From NCBI GenBank assembly GCA_002387605.1, contig DGJU01000046.1:24892-86799 (forward strand): a DNA stretch of 61,908 bases, given 5' to 3'. Source of the stretch: Alphaproteobacteria bacterium UBA4588. GTDB taxonomy: Bacteria > Pseudomonadota > Alphaproteobacteria > Puniceispirillales > Puniceispirillaceae. The notes under the pieces were generated by a model. It was given only the letters and a program-made list of their open reading frames with translations. It ran no database searches and was not told where the DNA came from. The position numbers were made by a program, and so were the translations under genes. Shown piece by piece: positions 1 through 9,897 of the stretch. The stretch's first letter is position 1; every line of letters begins with the position of its first letter.

Positions 1-37
1 AGTAAAACCGGCAGCAAAACCTACATCCCAAGAAGAG

Positions 38-952
38 CTATTCTAGCTCATCATCCTTAACCACAGACTTACCCCATCTGCGATGGGGCCAGAGCCATTG
101 TTCCGGGGCTGCTGAAATCCAGTCTTCGAATGTTTCATTTATCTGTTTGGCAATCAGCATTGTTGCTCTGTCATCATCACCTTCTGGCATTATCAGAGGG
201 TCGGAGATTGTGACAGTCAGCCTATCATCTTTGGTCCGCACGCCATGCGCCATAAAAATGGGCTTTCCCATTTTGCGCGCAACTTTGATATAGGAAATAG
301 CGGTTGTCGCTGGATGGCCAAAAAACGGCACAAATTCGCCTTCGCGCAGTTGCTGGTCTACAACCATCATCATGAAGCCGCCTTTTTTGACGGTGCGTAC
401 CATGCCCATCGCAGCTTCGCGTCCCTTGATGTAGCTATCCGCCCCAGTGAATTGAACTCTGTTTTTGAAAATCCAGTTTGCATAGGGATTATTCAACTCA
501 CGATAGATAAGGCCGGTCTTAATATTCGCCGCAATGCTGAGAAGCCCAACAGCCTCCCAATTACTGAGATGGGCACTAATAATAAATCCGCCATCATAGG
601 GGGTTAATTTTTCCAGACCGGTAAAGCTAATGCGCCCCGATGGCAGCATTGTTTTTATATGGGGATATTCACCAATACAGCGGCCAATATTATTCCACAT
701 ACCATGCGCGATATGCTGGCGTTCAGGTAATGAGAGGTGGGGCAGTGCAAATTTCATATTCGCAAGAGCTCGTTTATGCCACGGCGTGAGCGGCCCAAGA
801 CTTTGAAAAAGCCGGCCCATAGTGGCACTAGCAACCGAAGCCGGAAGGCACCGCAAGATGCCAACAGCAAGAAAGAGCAGGGCTGCTTCGCACGGCCAGA
901 TGATAAAGCGGTAAAGGGCTGTTAGGACAGGACCCCTATAGGACATTGACAC
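38..952 (-). CDS. lpxL: Lipid A biosynthesis late (lauroyl/myristoyl-type) acyltransferase, LpxL/HtrB family
   Basis: 304-aa ORF with an N-terminal membrane anchor and an HX4(D/E) acyltransferase motif (AHLSNWE). It is the last gene of the DUF374-waaA-lpxK operon, starting 31 nt after the lpxK stop. Confidence 0.75.
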   Translation of the reverse strand: MSMSYRGPVLTALYRFIIWPCEAALLFLAVGILRCLPASVASATMGRLFQSLGPLTPWHKRALANMKFALPHLSLPERQHIAHGMWNNIGRCIGEYPHIKTMLPSGRISFTGLEKLTPYDGGFIISAHLSNWEAVGLLSIAANIKTGLIYRELNNPYANWIFKNRVQFTGADSYIKGREAAMGMVRTVKKGGFMMMVVDQQLREGEFVPFFGHPATTAISYIKVARKMGKPIFMAHGVRTKDDRLTVTISDPLIMPEGDDDRATMLIAKQINETFEDWISAAPEQWLWPHRRWGKSVVKDDELE

Positions 953-983
953 TGAATGTTCCTCTCAGATTAACAGCGACGCG

Positions 984-1982
984 CTATAAAGAGCGCTTCA
1001 TCGCAACAATATCATCTACCATATTCATGACCAGCTCTTCGGCCTCTGTCTCAAACGACATGCTTACCTGTAGAACACTTACACGGTCGCGCCATTCAGG
1101 GGGCAGGCGCATCCAGTCTTTCAGTGTCGTGACAAGCTCAGCGCCGTTCTGAACAGCATCCAGATGAAGCCGTGTTAAGTCTGCATCGCTATAGGGGTGA
1201 TGATCAGCAAAAGCAAGCGTTTGAACAAGGTCGGCGCCGCAGGCTGCAACCGTTTTGAAAAAGCGGGACGGACGACCAATGCCGGCAAAGGCAAGAAAGC
1301 GTTTTCCCTTAATGTCTGCTGCACTGTCAGGGTCGGGAACAAGGCTGCCGGTGATAACCTGAACGCTATCAGCAAGCCGTGCGGTAAGGCCTGTCTCATC
1401 CTCACCATTTATGACGGCAAGAGAGAGTTGTGCAACTCCGGATGAAAAGCTCTGGCGTAACGGGCCTGCTGGTAAAATCCAGCCATTGCCGCACCCAGCA
1501 CTACCATCAAAAACACCGATGACAATATCCTTTGCCAGCCACGGATTTTGCATGCCATCATCCATGATGATAATATCAGCTTCGGTTGAGCGTTGGATAA
1601 AATAAGCGCCTTTCAGCCGGTCAGGACTAACAATAACAAGCTCATTCAGCGCCAGCATAAGAGGCTCATCGCCTACATCATCTGTGCCATGCAGGCTGGC
1701 ATCAACAATAAGAGGCCCTTTTTCAGAACCACCATATCCGCGTGTCAGGACAGCCGGATTATACCCTCTTGCCCTCAGCAACTGACACAGACTAGCTGTG
1801 AGCGGTGTTTTGCCAGTGCCTCCGATGCTGATATTACCAACACAGATAACAGGCAAGGATACCGTGCCGGCTGTTGCCATTTTCTGCCGCAGAAACGTTC
1901 CCAACCGCCAAATCCAGGATACGGGGATCAGCATGGCCGCTAGCGCATTTTTCTGGTCCCAGAATGACGGTGTTTTCAACAT
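984..1982 (-). CDS. lpxK: Tetraacyldisaccharide 4'-kinase
   Basis: P-loop GNISIGGTGKTP in the expected N-terminal position. I trimmed the ORF to the ATG at 1982 (MLKTPSFWD...) so it abuts the waaA stop at 1984. The track ORF (to 2063) would overlap waaA by 80 nt. Confidence 0.9.
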   Translation of the reverse strand: MLKTPSFWDQKNALAAMLIPVSWIWRLGTFLRQKMATAGTVSLPVICVGNISIGGTGKTPLTASLCQLLRARGYNPAVLTRGYGGSEKGPLIVDASLHGTDDVGDEPLMLALNELVIVSPDRLKGAYFIQRSTEADIIIMDDGMQNPWLAKDIVIGVFDGSAGCGNGWILPAGPLRQSFSSGVAQLSLAVINGEDETGLTARLADSVQVITGSLVPDPDSAADIKGKRFLAFAGIGRPSRFFKTVAACGADLVQTLAFADHHPYSDADLTRLHLDAVQNGAELVTTLKDWMRLPPEWRDRVSVLQVSMSFETEAEELVMNMVDDIVAMKRSL

Positions 1983-1983
1983 A

Positions 1984-3312
1984 TTATTGATTATTACCCT
2001 GACGAATTTGTGAGCAGATATAGTCTGCAATGGGTTCAGCGCGAGAACAAGCATCTTGCGCATATTTCTGGCTTTTTTGTTTCTGGGCCTGACTGATAGG
2101 ACGTGACGTTACGAGGTGTAAAATTTTATCTGCCAGCAACGCTACCATAGCTGATTTTTCCGGCGTGTTGGATAAAATCGTAACAGCGCCTCTTGTGTGA
2201 AGCGCCTCAAATTCATGTTTGTTTTTCTCAATAAAGGGTCCTGTGAGCAGAGCCGCCCCAAACAAAGCAGGTTCCAGCGGGTTATGTCCGCCAAGAGGTA
2301 CCAGAGACCCGCCAAGGAAAACAATATCTGCAACGCTAAACAGGCTCCCCATTTCACCGAGTGTATCATTCAGATAGCTATCATCTGCAGGGGTTGCGGG
2401 CTGTTGTTGTGAGCGCCGTCCTGCTGTTGGCATGAGGGCTGATACTGCTGCTGCCCGGATAGGGTGGCGCGGCGCTATGATGGTAAAGACAGGATATCCG
2501 GCATCTGCACAATGCGCGGCAGCTTGCAATAACATCTGCTCTTCACCGTCATGAGTTGAGGCACATACTAAGATAGGCCTGCCTGCTGCTGCTTTGCTCA
2601 ACATTGCGGTATAATGAGCATCAGCCGCCAGAGCAGAAACAGATACTTTTAATGAGCCATGTGTTGTGATGGAGGGTGATGGTGTGCCGCCTCTCAGCGC
2701 GGTAAAGGCTGCTGTCTGTTCATCATCAACGCTATAAATCCGGTCTGCGCTTCCAAACACAGCAGCAGCAAGGGCAGGGCGTTGCTGCCATTTGGCGAGT
2801 GAATGCGGTGATAATTGTGCTGATGCAAAGATAACAGGTATACTATGTGCATGAGCTTGTGTAATCAGCATTGGCCAGAAATCTGATTCCAGAAACACCG
2901 CGCAGTCAGGCCGCCAATAGGTAAGGAACCTGTCTACCCATTTTTTATGGTCAAGCGGCTGGTAGCTGTGAGCGCATCGCCCCTGCCATTTTTGAGCCGC
3001 TTTCGCAATCTCAGCCGCTGCTGTAACAGTGTTAGTTGTGATGAGGATGGTGCAGTCTTGACTGCGCTGCAACAGAGCATCGGCAAGGGTGCGGGCGGCA
3101 ATGCTTTCACCAACTGAGACAGCATGGAGCCAGATGAGCGGGCCATCTGGGCGCTGGTTTTGCCAGCCCTGTCCGGTGCGCTCCGATAGGCGTGATAGCT
3201 CTTCTTTGCCGCGCATACAGCGCACATATAGCAAAATGCGTATTACTGGGGCTGCGATATACCATAAAAATGCATAAAAACGCAGGGCGCGCTGTTGGGC
3301 TGTTACCGTCAC
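1984..3312 (-). CDS. waaA: 3-deoxy-D-manno-octulosonic acid (Kdo) transferase
   Basis: 442 aa with an N-terminal TM helix followed by the WLHAVSVGES motif typical of KdtA/WaaA. It overlaps the upstream DUF374 gene by 4 nt. Confidence 0.9.
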   Translation of the reverse strand: MTVTAQQRALRFYAFLWYIAAPVIRILLYVRCMRGKEELSRLSERTGQGWQNQRPDGPLIWLHAVSVGESIAARTLADALLQRSQDCTILITTNTVTAAAEIAKAAQKWQGRCAHSYQPLDHKKWVDRFLTYWRPDCAVFLESDFWPMLITQAHAHSIPVIFASAQLSPHSLAKWQQRPALAAAVFGSADRIYSVDDEQTAAFTALRGGTPSPSITTHGSLKVSVSALAADAHYTAMLSKAAAGRPILVCASTHDGEEQMLLQAAAHCADAGYPVFTIIAPRHPIRAAAVSALMPTAGRRSQQQPATPADDSYLNDTLGEMGSLFSVADIVFLGGSLVPLGGHNPLEPALFGAALLTGPFIEKNKHEFEALHTRGAVTILSNTPEKSAMVALLADKILHLVTSRPISQAQKQKSQKYAQDACSRAEPIADYICSQIRQGNNQ

Positions 3313-4001
3313 GTCTTGCTATGCCCCATATCAGAATCGCACTTTTTCGTTAATGCAGATAACCGTGTTTCAACAAGCAGGCGCTGGGCTTCAAGTTCCT
3401 GTTTATCTTTGGTCCGAGGAAGGATGATAGGCTCTCCCCATTTTATCAGACCGCGGGTAAATGGTTTTGGAACCCGTAATCTGTCCCAACTACGGGCGCG
3501 CCACATGCGGCCCGTTGACCAGGCAACAGGAATAATGGATGCGCCTGTAAGCTGGGAGAGGCTTACAGGCCCAGCCGAGAGGGTGCGGGCAGGCCCACGC
3601 GGGCCATCTGGCGTAATAACACATATTTTGCCGCGTTTAGTTTCTCCAGCCAGCGCGCGCAGGCTTGATAAGGCCTGCCTGTTTGAGCTGCCCCAGACGG
3701 GCGAGACCCCATAAAGTCTGGTTGGAATATCAAGAATCCGGCCATCAGCATGAGGCGATTGCAACGCAGCACATCCAGCTGGAAGCACAATCCCAAAACA
3801 AAATAGATGTTCATGCCAGAAAACCAGAATAGGCGGCGGCGCGGCGCTATCATCACTGCGAAGCCGTGCGAAATTAGGACGGTTTTCATGGCGCCACAAT
3901 ACCAGCTTTGCGCATATGAACATGAGCAGAAAGATAAGGGTTCCAATAATGATGTTGCCAACTTTTGAGCTGACAAACGCCTTCACCATAATCATGCCCA
4001 C
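3309..4001 (-). CDS. DUF374 family protein (lysophospholipid acyltransferase-like), first gene of the Kdo/lipid A operon
   Basis: 230 aa with an N-terminal TM segment and an FWHEHLF segment. Its position between msbA (divergent) and waaA is the usual DUF374 context, as I recall from family knowledge. Confidence 0.6.
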   Translation of the reverse strand: MGMIMVKAFVSSKVGNIIIGTLIFLLMFICAKLVLWRHENRPNFARLRSDDSAAPPPILVFWHEHLFCFGIVLPAGCAALQSPHADGRILDIPTRLYGVSPVWGSSNRQALSSLRALAGETKRGKICVITPDGPRGPARTLSAGPVSLSQLTGASIIPVAWSTGRMWRARSWDRLRVPKPFTRGLIKWGEPIILPRTKDKQELEAQRLLVETRLSALTKKCDSDMGHSKT

Positions 4002-4254
4002 ATAAAATTAGCGATTGATAAAAACTGGCGAGTGATAAATCCAGATGCCTCTCAATCTAGCCCAGCCGCTACCAAGGTGCTAGCACGAAAACAGACGAAT
4101 ATGGTGATAAGCTATCAAAATCTTGATAAATGTTACAAACAGAGCAGGATAACAGCCTGATTTATTCACGATTTTGTTCGCGGTGTTTCTGCATGCCAAA
4201 TATTTGCAAAATAATGCCAAGCGAGGCAAAGTGTGCGCGAAGGAAGAGCACGGC

Positions 4255-6000
4255 ATGAATGATAAGCAAATCTATAACCGATTATGGCGCGACTGGGTTC
4301 TGCCCTATAAATCGCGCCTTATTGGCGCTTTGTGTTTGATGGTTGGTGTTGCGGCGACAGGCGGTGCCTACCCTGCGGTTATCCAGCATGTGTTTGATGC
4401 TTTGTCAGGTGGCGAGGCATGGCTTCCTATCTCGCCGGCGCTTTATATTCCTGCTATGATTATGTGCCTTGCCTGCTTAAAAGCTGTATCGATGTTTTTC
4501 CAAGTGCTGGCGGTTAATAGTCTGGCGTTGCGGGTGACAACCGATATTCAAAAAGCCATGGCGCGCTATCTTGTAGATGCAGACCTTGCCTTTGTGACCG
4601 GTGAGCCGGCAGGTGTTTTTATCTCGCGTATCATGAATGATTTGAACCTGCTGCGGGAAGCCATTATCAGGCTTGCCAATAATCTGGTGCGTGATGCCTT
4701 AACTGTTATTGTGATGGTCTGCCTGATGTTTTGGTTTAGCTGGCTGCTATCCTTGATGGTGCTGGCTGTTTATCCGCTTGCCATGAAGCCGATCATTTCA
4801 ATTGGGCGGCGGCAGCGCAAAGCCTCCGGCGCGCTTCAGGAACATCTGGAATCTGTTACATCGCTGTTGGGTGAGACCTTGCAAGGTGTGCGGATGGTAA
4901 AAGCCTATCAGTTGGAAGATACCGAAAAAGAGCGAACACATTCAGCCTTTGAAACGCTGTATAAAGAGCTGATTGGGCTATTTTCTGGGCGGGCCCGTAT
5001 CGACCCTATTTTAGAAGCGCTTGGCGGTGTGGCGGTTGCTGGCGTCATTGGCGTTGCAGCATGGCAGGTTTCCAGCGGTAAAATGGGGATTGGTGATGTT
5101 GCAGGGTTTATCACAGCATTGCTTATGCTTGTTCAGCCTGTGCGCGCGCTTGGCACGCTAACAGCTGTTACACAAGAAGGCATGGCAGCTGGCGGGCGTA
5201 TTTTTGGGCTCCTTGACCGTGAAAACCAGATTATTGACAAACTAAATGCGCCGGCTCTTTCAGCGGTAACAGGCCATGTCCAGTTTAACGATGTCAGCTT
5301 CTCCTATGGAGATGGTGGGACGGTACTTGATAAAGTGTCTTTTGAGGTTTTGCCGGGACAGACCGTTGCTCTAGTCGGGGCAAGCGGTGCAGGCAAAAGT
5401 TCTATTATTTCTTTGCTGCCACGATTCTACGATCTTGATAGCGGCAGCATTACGGTTGATGGCCAAGATATCTCCGGTGTGAGCCTTAAAACTCTGCGCC
5501 AGCATATCGGCCTTGTTAGTCAGGACGCTATTTTGTTTGATATGAGCATTGCAGATAATATCCGGTTTGGCAGGCTGGATGCGTCTCAGGCCGACATTGA
5601 ACAGGCCGCAAAAATAGCCGCCGCAGATAGTTTTATTCGTCAGCTTGAGGGCGGATATGAGATGCGTGTTGGCAGTAATGGAAATCGGCTTTCTGGTGGC
5701 CAGCGTCAGCGTATTGCGATTGCCCGTGCGCTCTTAAAAGACGCGCCGCTGCTTTTGCTTGATGAAGCAACAAGCGCGCTTGATGCAGAGGCCGAAACAC
5801 AAATTCAAGCGGCGCTCTCGCGATTATCAGAGGGGCGCACAACCATTGTGATTGCGCACCGGCTATCTACAATTCGCGATGCAGACCATATTATCGTGAT
5901 GGATAATGGCCGGATTGTAGAGCGCGGTACACATTTATCGCTGATATCCCAAAAAGGGCATTATGCACATTTATGTGCCTTGCAAAATATTTCGACATAA
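4255..6000 (+). CDS. msbA: Lipid A export ABC transporter, fused permease/ATPase (MsbA-like)
   Basis: Six-helix TMD followed by an NBD with Walker A GASGAGKSS, signature LSGGQRQR and Walker B LLLDEATSALD. I moved the start to ATG 4255 (MNDKQIY...), which has AGGAAG 8 nt upstream and gives 581 aa. The gene is divergent from the waaA operon. Confidence 0.85.
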   Translation: MNDKQIYNRLWRDWVLPYKSRLIGALCLMVGVAATGGAYPAVIQHVFDALSGGEAWLPISPALYIPAMIMCLACLKAVSMFFQVLAVNSLALRVTTDIQKAMARYLVDADLAFVTGEPAGVFISRIMNDLNLLREAIIRLANNLVRDALTVIVMVCLMFWFSWLLSLMVLAVYPLAMKPIISIGRRQRKASGALQEHLESVTSLLGETLQGVRMVKAYQLEDTEKERTHSAFETLYKELIGLFSGRARIDPILEALGGVAVAGVIGVAAWQVSSGKMGIGDVAGFITALLMLVQPVRALGTLTAVTQEGMAAGGRIFGLLDRENQIIDKLNAPALSAVTGHVQFNDVSFSYGDGGTVLDKVSFEVLPGQTVALVGASGAGKSSIISLLPRFYDLDSGSITVDGQDISGVSLKTLRQHIGLVSQDAILFDMSIADNIRFGRLDASQADIEQAAKIAAADSFIRQLEGGYEMRVGSNGNRLSGGQRQRIAIARALLKDAPLLLLDEATSALDAEAETQIQAALSRLSEGRTTIVIAHRLSTIRDADHIIVMDNGRIVERGTHLSLISQKGHYAHLCALQNIST

Positions 6001-6027
6001 TACTGGTGTAATCCGGTATCCAGCGGC

Positions 6028-6759
6028 CTATTCGCGGCGCAGAATATCGTCAACAAGCCTGTTTGCCCATCCTCTGGACATAAAGCTATCTTGCAGAATA
6101 TCGGGATCATAGACATTGTCTAGCCAGTCGAAAAAGGGCATGCCTTTGGCTTCAAACGGCTCATAGGCATCAAAAAAGGCATCTAAAAGCCCGGTCTTAG
6201 CTTGTTTTACATGGCCATATTTAAAGGCAAGCTGTTCGCGGGCGACGGCAACAGGCATCTCTTTGTGAATGAGCAGGTAAAGGGCCGACATCAGGCCAGC
6301 TCTATCAGCGCCTGATTTGCAATGCATCAGGCTGGGACCGGTGACAGTTGCAAACAAATCACGTGCGCCATAAATCATCTCTTTGGTCGGTGCGGCTCTG
6401 GAGCGCGCGGTAAAATCTACCAGCGACACACCATAGGTAACACACGCTTCTGCTTCAAGTTGCCAGCCGCCATCATCACGTGGCCCGCGCAGATTGATTA
6501 TCGTCTTAATGCCGCGCTCGGCAGCCTGTTTGACACGCGACGGGCTCGGCTGATTGCTACGCCACATCATCTCGTCAATACAATGTAAATTATACCAGTA
6601 GAGCCGCAGAAACCCATGGTCTTTCAGCATCAGTTCTGTCCAGTCACGAACCCCGCGACGAACCCCTTTATGCTCACTACCCGCAAAGCGGTCCGGTGCT
6701 GATTGTAAGGGCGGCATAAAAAGATACGTTCCTTTTAACGGCTGATTAACTACCAGCAA
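6028..6759 (-). CDS. Protein-tyrosine/dual-specificity phosphatase superfamily protein (CX5R active site)
   Basis: 243 aa carrying HCKSGADRAG, a Cys-X5-Arg P-loop. The substrate cannot be read from the sequence. An alternative start at 6717 would remove the 14-nt overlap with pmbA. Confidence 0.6.
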   Translation of the reverse strand: MLVVNQPLKGTYLFMPPLQSAPDRFAGSEHKGVRRGVRDWTELMLKDHGFLRLYWYNLHCIDEMMWRSNQPSPSRVKQAAERGIKTIINLRGPRDDGGWQLEAEACVTYGVSLVDFTARSRAAPTKEMIYGARDLFATVTGPSLMHCKSGADRAGLMSALYLLIHKEMPVAVAREQLAFKYGHVKQAKTGLLDAFFDAYEPFEAKGMPFFDWLDNVYDPDILQDSFMSRGWANRLVDDILRRE

Positions 6760-8083
6760 CCATCATTGCATCTACCCGCAATGATGGTGCAGACAGTGAT
6801 TGACGCTTATCACTATCATTTGCCGGTGTGAGCGACATGAACATGTCTTTAAGGTTGCCAGCTATTGTTGCTTCGGCAGCAGGCCATGTAATTTCGCCAT
6901 TTTCAATCCAGAATCCGGCGGCGCCACGGCTATAATCGCCTGTCGTAAGACTAACAGAGCTTCCCATTAATTCGGTTACATAAAAGCCATTTTCAATGTC
7001 TTTTATCAGCTCTTCTAATGTTGCAGCACCATCCTCGATAAACAGATTGGAAGGTGAGGGGCTTGGCGGCCCTGATAGAGACCGGCTCGCATGTCCGGTT
7101 GGTGATAATCCAAGCTGTGCGGCTGTTGCAAGGTCAAGGAACCATCCCTGAAGCACACCTTTATCAATCATTGTCTGACGCGAGACAGGTAATGTTTCAC
7201 CGTCAAAAAGGCAGGTCCCGAAACCGCGTGGGCGGAGCGGGTCATCAATCATCGTAATGGCAGCAGACGCAATTTTCTCGCCCATACTGTCTTTCAGAAA
7301 GCTTGTGCCTCTGGCAATGGCAGCGCCATTGGTTGCGCTAGCAAAGTGTCCAGCAAGAGAGCGTGATACGCGTTTATCATAAAGGATAGGAAAAGAGCCT
7401 GTTACCGGTTTGCGTGCTCCAAGGCGGGCAAGCGTGCGCCGCGCAGCTTCTTTGCCAATCACTTCTGGCATATCAAGGTCGCTTGCAAATACAGCGCTAC
7501 TATAATCATAGTCGCGTTCCATCTGTCCGTCTTTTTCGGCAATGACAACGGCTGAAAACCCAAAGCTTGAGCGCTGATAGCTTGCGTTAAAGCCAGTACT
7601 TGTTGCAATCAGGATGTCTGTGAGGTTCTGGCTTGCAGAGGCGCCGTCTGAATTGGTAATGCCGGAAACGCTAAGGGCAGCGTCTTCGCAAGACCGTGCC
7701 ATGTCTGTTAGCTGGTCTGTTGAAAAGTTTGTGTGGTCGCAAAGTTCAATATCGGGCAGTTCACGTGCCTGCTCATCAGCGGTCGCAAGCCGTGCATAGG
7801 GGTCCTCAGGCGCAGCTTTTGCCATTGCAACAGCGCGTTCGGCGAGCTTTGTGATATTATCATCATCAATCTGACTGGTTGAGATGGTGGCAGTCTGCTT
7901 GCCGCAGAACACCCGAAGGCCCATCTGATAGTCTTCAGCGCGTTCTGCTGATTCAACCTTGCCAAGCCGAATCTGCACATCTGTGCCGCCACCAGAAATA
8001 AATGTTATATCCGTACCATCGGCGCCTGCTTTCTTCGCAGCGCTAAGCATCTTGTCTACAATCTGTTCATGCATTTTTTCCAT
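6746..8083 (-). CDS. pmbA: Metalloprotease PmbA (TldE), TldD/PmbA family
   Basis: TldD/PmbA-family sequence throughout, without the HExxxH motif that the TldD partner carries. The start is placed at an internal Met (MEKMHEQIV...) because the track ORF start (8167) would overlap the divergent argC. Confidence 0.85.
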   Translation of the reverse strand: MEKMHEQIVDKMLSAAKKAGADGTDITFISGGGTDVQIRLGKVESAERAEDYQMGLRVFCGKQTATISTSQIDDDNITKLAERAVAMAKAAPEDPYARLATADEQARELPDIELCDHTNFSTDQLTDMARSCEDAALSVSGITNSDGASASQNLTDILIATSTGFNASYQRSSFGFSAVVIAEKDGQMERDYDYSSAVFASDLDMPEVIGKEAARRTLARLGARKPVTGSFPILYDKRVSRSLAGHFASATNGAAIARGTSFLKDSMGEKIASAAITMIDDPLRPRGFGTCLFDGETLPVSRQTMIDKGVLQGWFLDLATAAQLGLSPTGHASRSLSGPPSPSPSNLFIEDGAATLEELIKDIENGFYVTELMGSSVSLTTGDYSRGAAGFWIENGEITWPAAEATIAGNLKDMFMSLTPANDSDKRQSLSAPSLRVDAMMVAGS

Positions 8084-8158
8084 ACAAAACAAATAGACCG
8101 GTATGTGCTTGAGTGCAACTGCTTGCAATTCATAATCTGTCAGTTTATCACCAGAAAC

Positions 8159-9106
8159 ATGACCCAATTTTCTATCTTCATCGATGGCGGCGCTGGCACA
8201 ACAGGCTTGCAGGTAAAAGACCGGTTATTGGCGCGGCCTGAACTATCCGTCATTATTCTGGATGATGACCTGCGCAAAAATGATGCTGCCCGTAAAACAG
8301 CAATGCATGATGCTGATGTCACAATTTTATGTCTGCCTGATGATGCAGCACGTCAGGCAGCTGAAATGACGGCTGGCACGACTGTACGTCTGATTGATGC
8401 GTCAACGGCGCACCGCGTGGCGCCAGACTGGGTATATGGTTTTGCTGAGCTTGCAGAATATCAGGCTGAGGCAATCGGTAATGCTGCGCGCGTTAGCAAC
8501 CCCGGATGCTATCCGACAGGGTTTCTTGCACTTATCCGCCCGCTTGTTGATGCCGGCATTATTGCGCCTGAAACAGCGCTGACAATCCCCTCGGTGAGTG
8601 GTTATTCTGGCGGCGGAAACGCTCTGATCGCTGCTTATGAAGATTCCAACGGTGCGCCGCCTTATGGGACGTACGGCTTAACCTTACAGCATAAGCATTT
8701 ACCAGAAATGACACAGCATGCCGGGCTGACAATACCGCCCATCTTTATGCCATCGGTTGGCAATTTTCCCCAAGGGATGCTTGTTTCTGTGCCGATTCAC
8801 GCCTCTTCTTTGCAGAAATCAGTGACTGCTGCGGGGCTAACAGACATCCTGCAGCAACGCTACGCCGCCTCCCATCTTATCTCTGTTGCCCCTGATGCGC
8901 CTCTGACAGAAGCAGGCTTCCTGGCTGCCGATAAGCTTGCGACAAGCGACAGGATGGAGCTTTTTGTGTTTGCAGATGAAGCATCATCCCAGTTTGTGCT
9001 AACAGCGCGGCTTGATAATCTTGGTAAGGGGGCGGCAGGCGCTGCTGTTCAGAATATGAACCTGATGTTGGGCCTTAATCCTTTAGAGGGATTGAACCTG
9101 TCATAA
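8159..9106 (+). CDS. argC: N-acetyl-gamma-glutamyl-phosphate reductase (short, type-2 form)
   Basis: 315 aa counted from ATG 8159 (MTQFSIFIDGGAGTTG, the NAD-binding N-terminus). The active-site motif NPGCYPTG is present. Confidence 0.9.
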   Translation: MTQFSIFIDGGAGTTGLQVKDRLLARPELSVIILDDDLRKNDAARKTAMHDADVTILCLPDDAARQAAEMTAGTTVRLIDASTAHRVAPDWVYGFAELAEYQAEAIGNAARVSNPGCYPTGFLALIRPLVDAGIIAPETALTIPSVSGYSGGGNALIAAYEDSNGAPPYGTYGLTLQHKHLPEMTQHAGLTIPPIFMPSVGNFPQGMLVSVPIHASSLQKSVTAAGLTDILQQRYAASHLISVAPDAPLTEAGFLAADKLATSDRMELFVFADEASSQFVLTARLDNLGKGAAGAAVQNMNLMLGLNPLEGLNLS

Positions 9107-9160
9107 TAAGAGGCTGTTTTCAGCACGTGGTTTTGGTGTTGTAGATACTGGATACAGGCA

Positions 9161-9883
9161 ATGAGAATTCCAACAATGACGATGCAGGAACGGGCCCTTA
9201 ATTATCCCTATGAGGCTCCTTCGGGCGACTATCTTGTCAAGGACGGGCAGTGTCTGCCTTTGCCAGAGCAATATGATTTTTCCTCCCGAACGGCTATCTT
9301 GTCTGTTGGCTCCAACCGTGCACCGGTTCAGCTGATGAAGAAATTTGGCAGAACAGCAGAAGTCCCTGTCACTGAAGCTGTGGTGACGGGCTGTGATGTG
9401 GTCCATGTTGCCGGATTATCTGGTTATGGCGCTGTGCCATGTGCGCCCTATCCCAGCAAGGGCAGTGTTATCAGCTTGAATATTGCATGGTTAACAAAAG
9501 ACCAGCTGCACGAAATGCATGCCACGGAATCAGTTGGTATTGCGTATGATTTTGTTGAATGGGACATATCAGCTGTCACAACGATGCGCGATGTGAGGCT
9601 TGAGCGGCTATTTGGGTATGCAAGCTGTATTGGCGCATTCCAGCAATCTGGAAGCCCTTTCGCGCTCAGCCGCATTCCAGCAAAGGGCCGTGTATTTGCT
9701 GAACGAAATCAGGCAGAAATGCAGTTAGCGCTTGCCGCTCTGACAGGCTTTGATGGGATAGACCTTCACGAGTGGGTGCAGCTTATCCATAGTGATAAAG
9801 AGGTTCATCGGCGCGCAGAACAGGCTGCCCGCTCGGCTGCGATTCTGCCGGATAATACATTATGGCAGATAGTAGATATCTAA
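9161..9883 (+). CDS. Hypothetical protein (weak gamma-glutamylcyclotransferase-like VGSN motif)
   Basis: 240-aa ORF filling the argC-ubiA gap, with coding-like composition. The only recognisable element is ILSVGSNRAPVQL, which resembles the YGSN(L) loop of GGCT/AIG2-fold proteins. Confidence 0.5.
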   Translation: MRIPTMTMQERALNYPYEAPSGDYLVKDGQCLPLPEQYDFSSRTAILSVGSNRAPVQLMKKFGRTAEVPVTEAVVTGCDVVHVAGLSGYGAVPCAPYPSKGSVISLNIAWLTKDQLHEMHATESVGIAYDFVEWDISAVTTMRDVRLERLFGYASCIGAFQQSGSPFALSRIPAKGRVFAERNQAEMQLALAALTGFDGIDLHEWVQLIHSDKEVHRRAEQAARSAAILPDNTLWQIVDI

Positions 9884-9897
9884 GCCTGCTAAAATAC

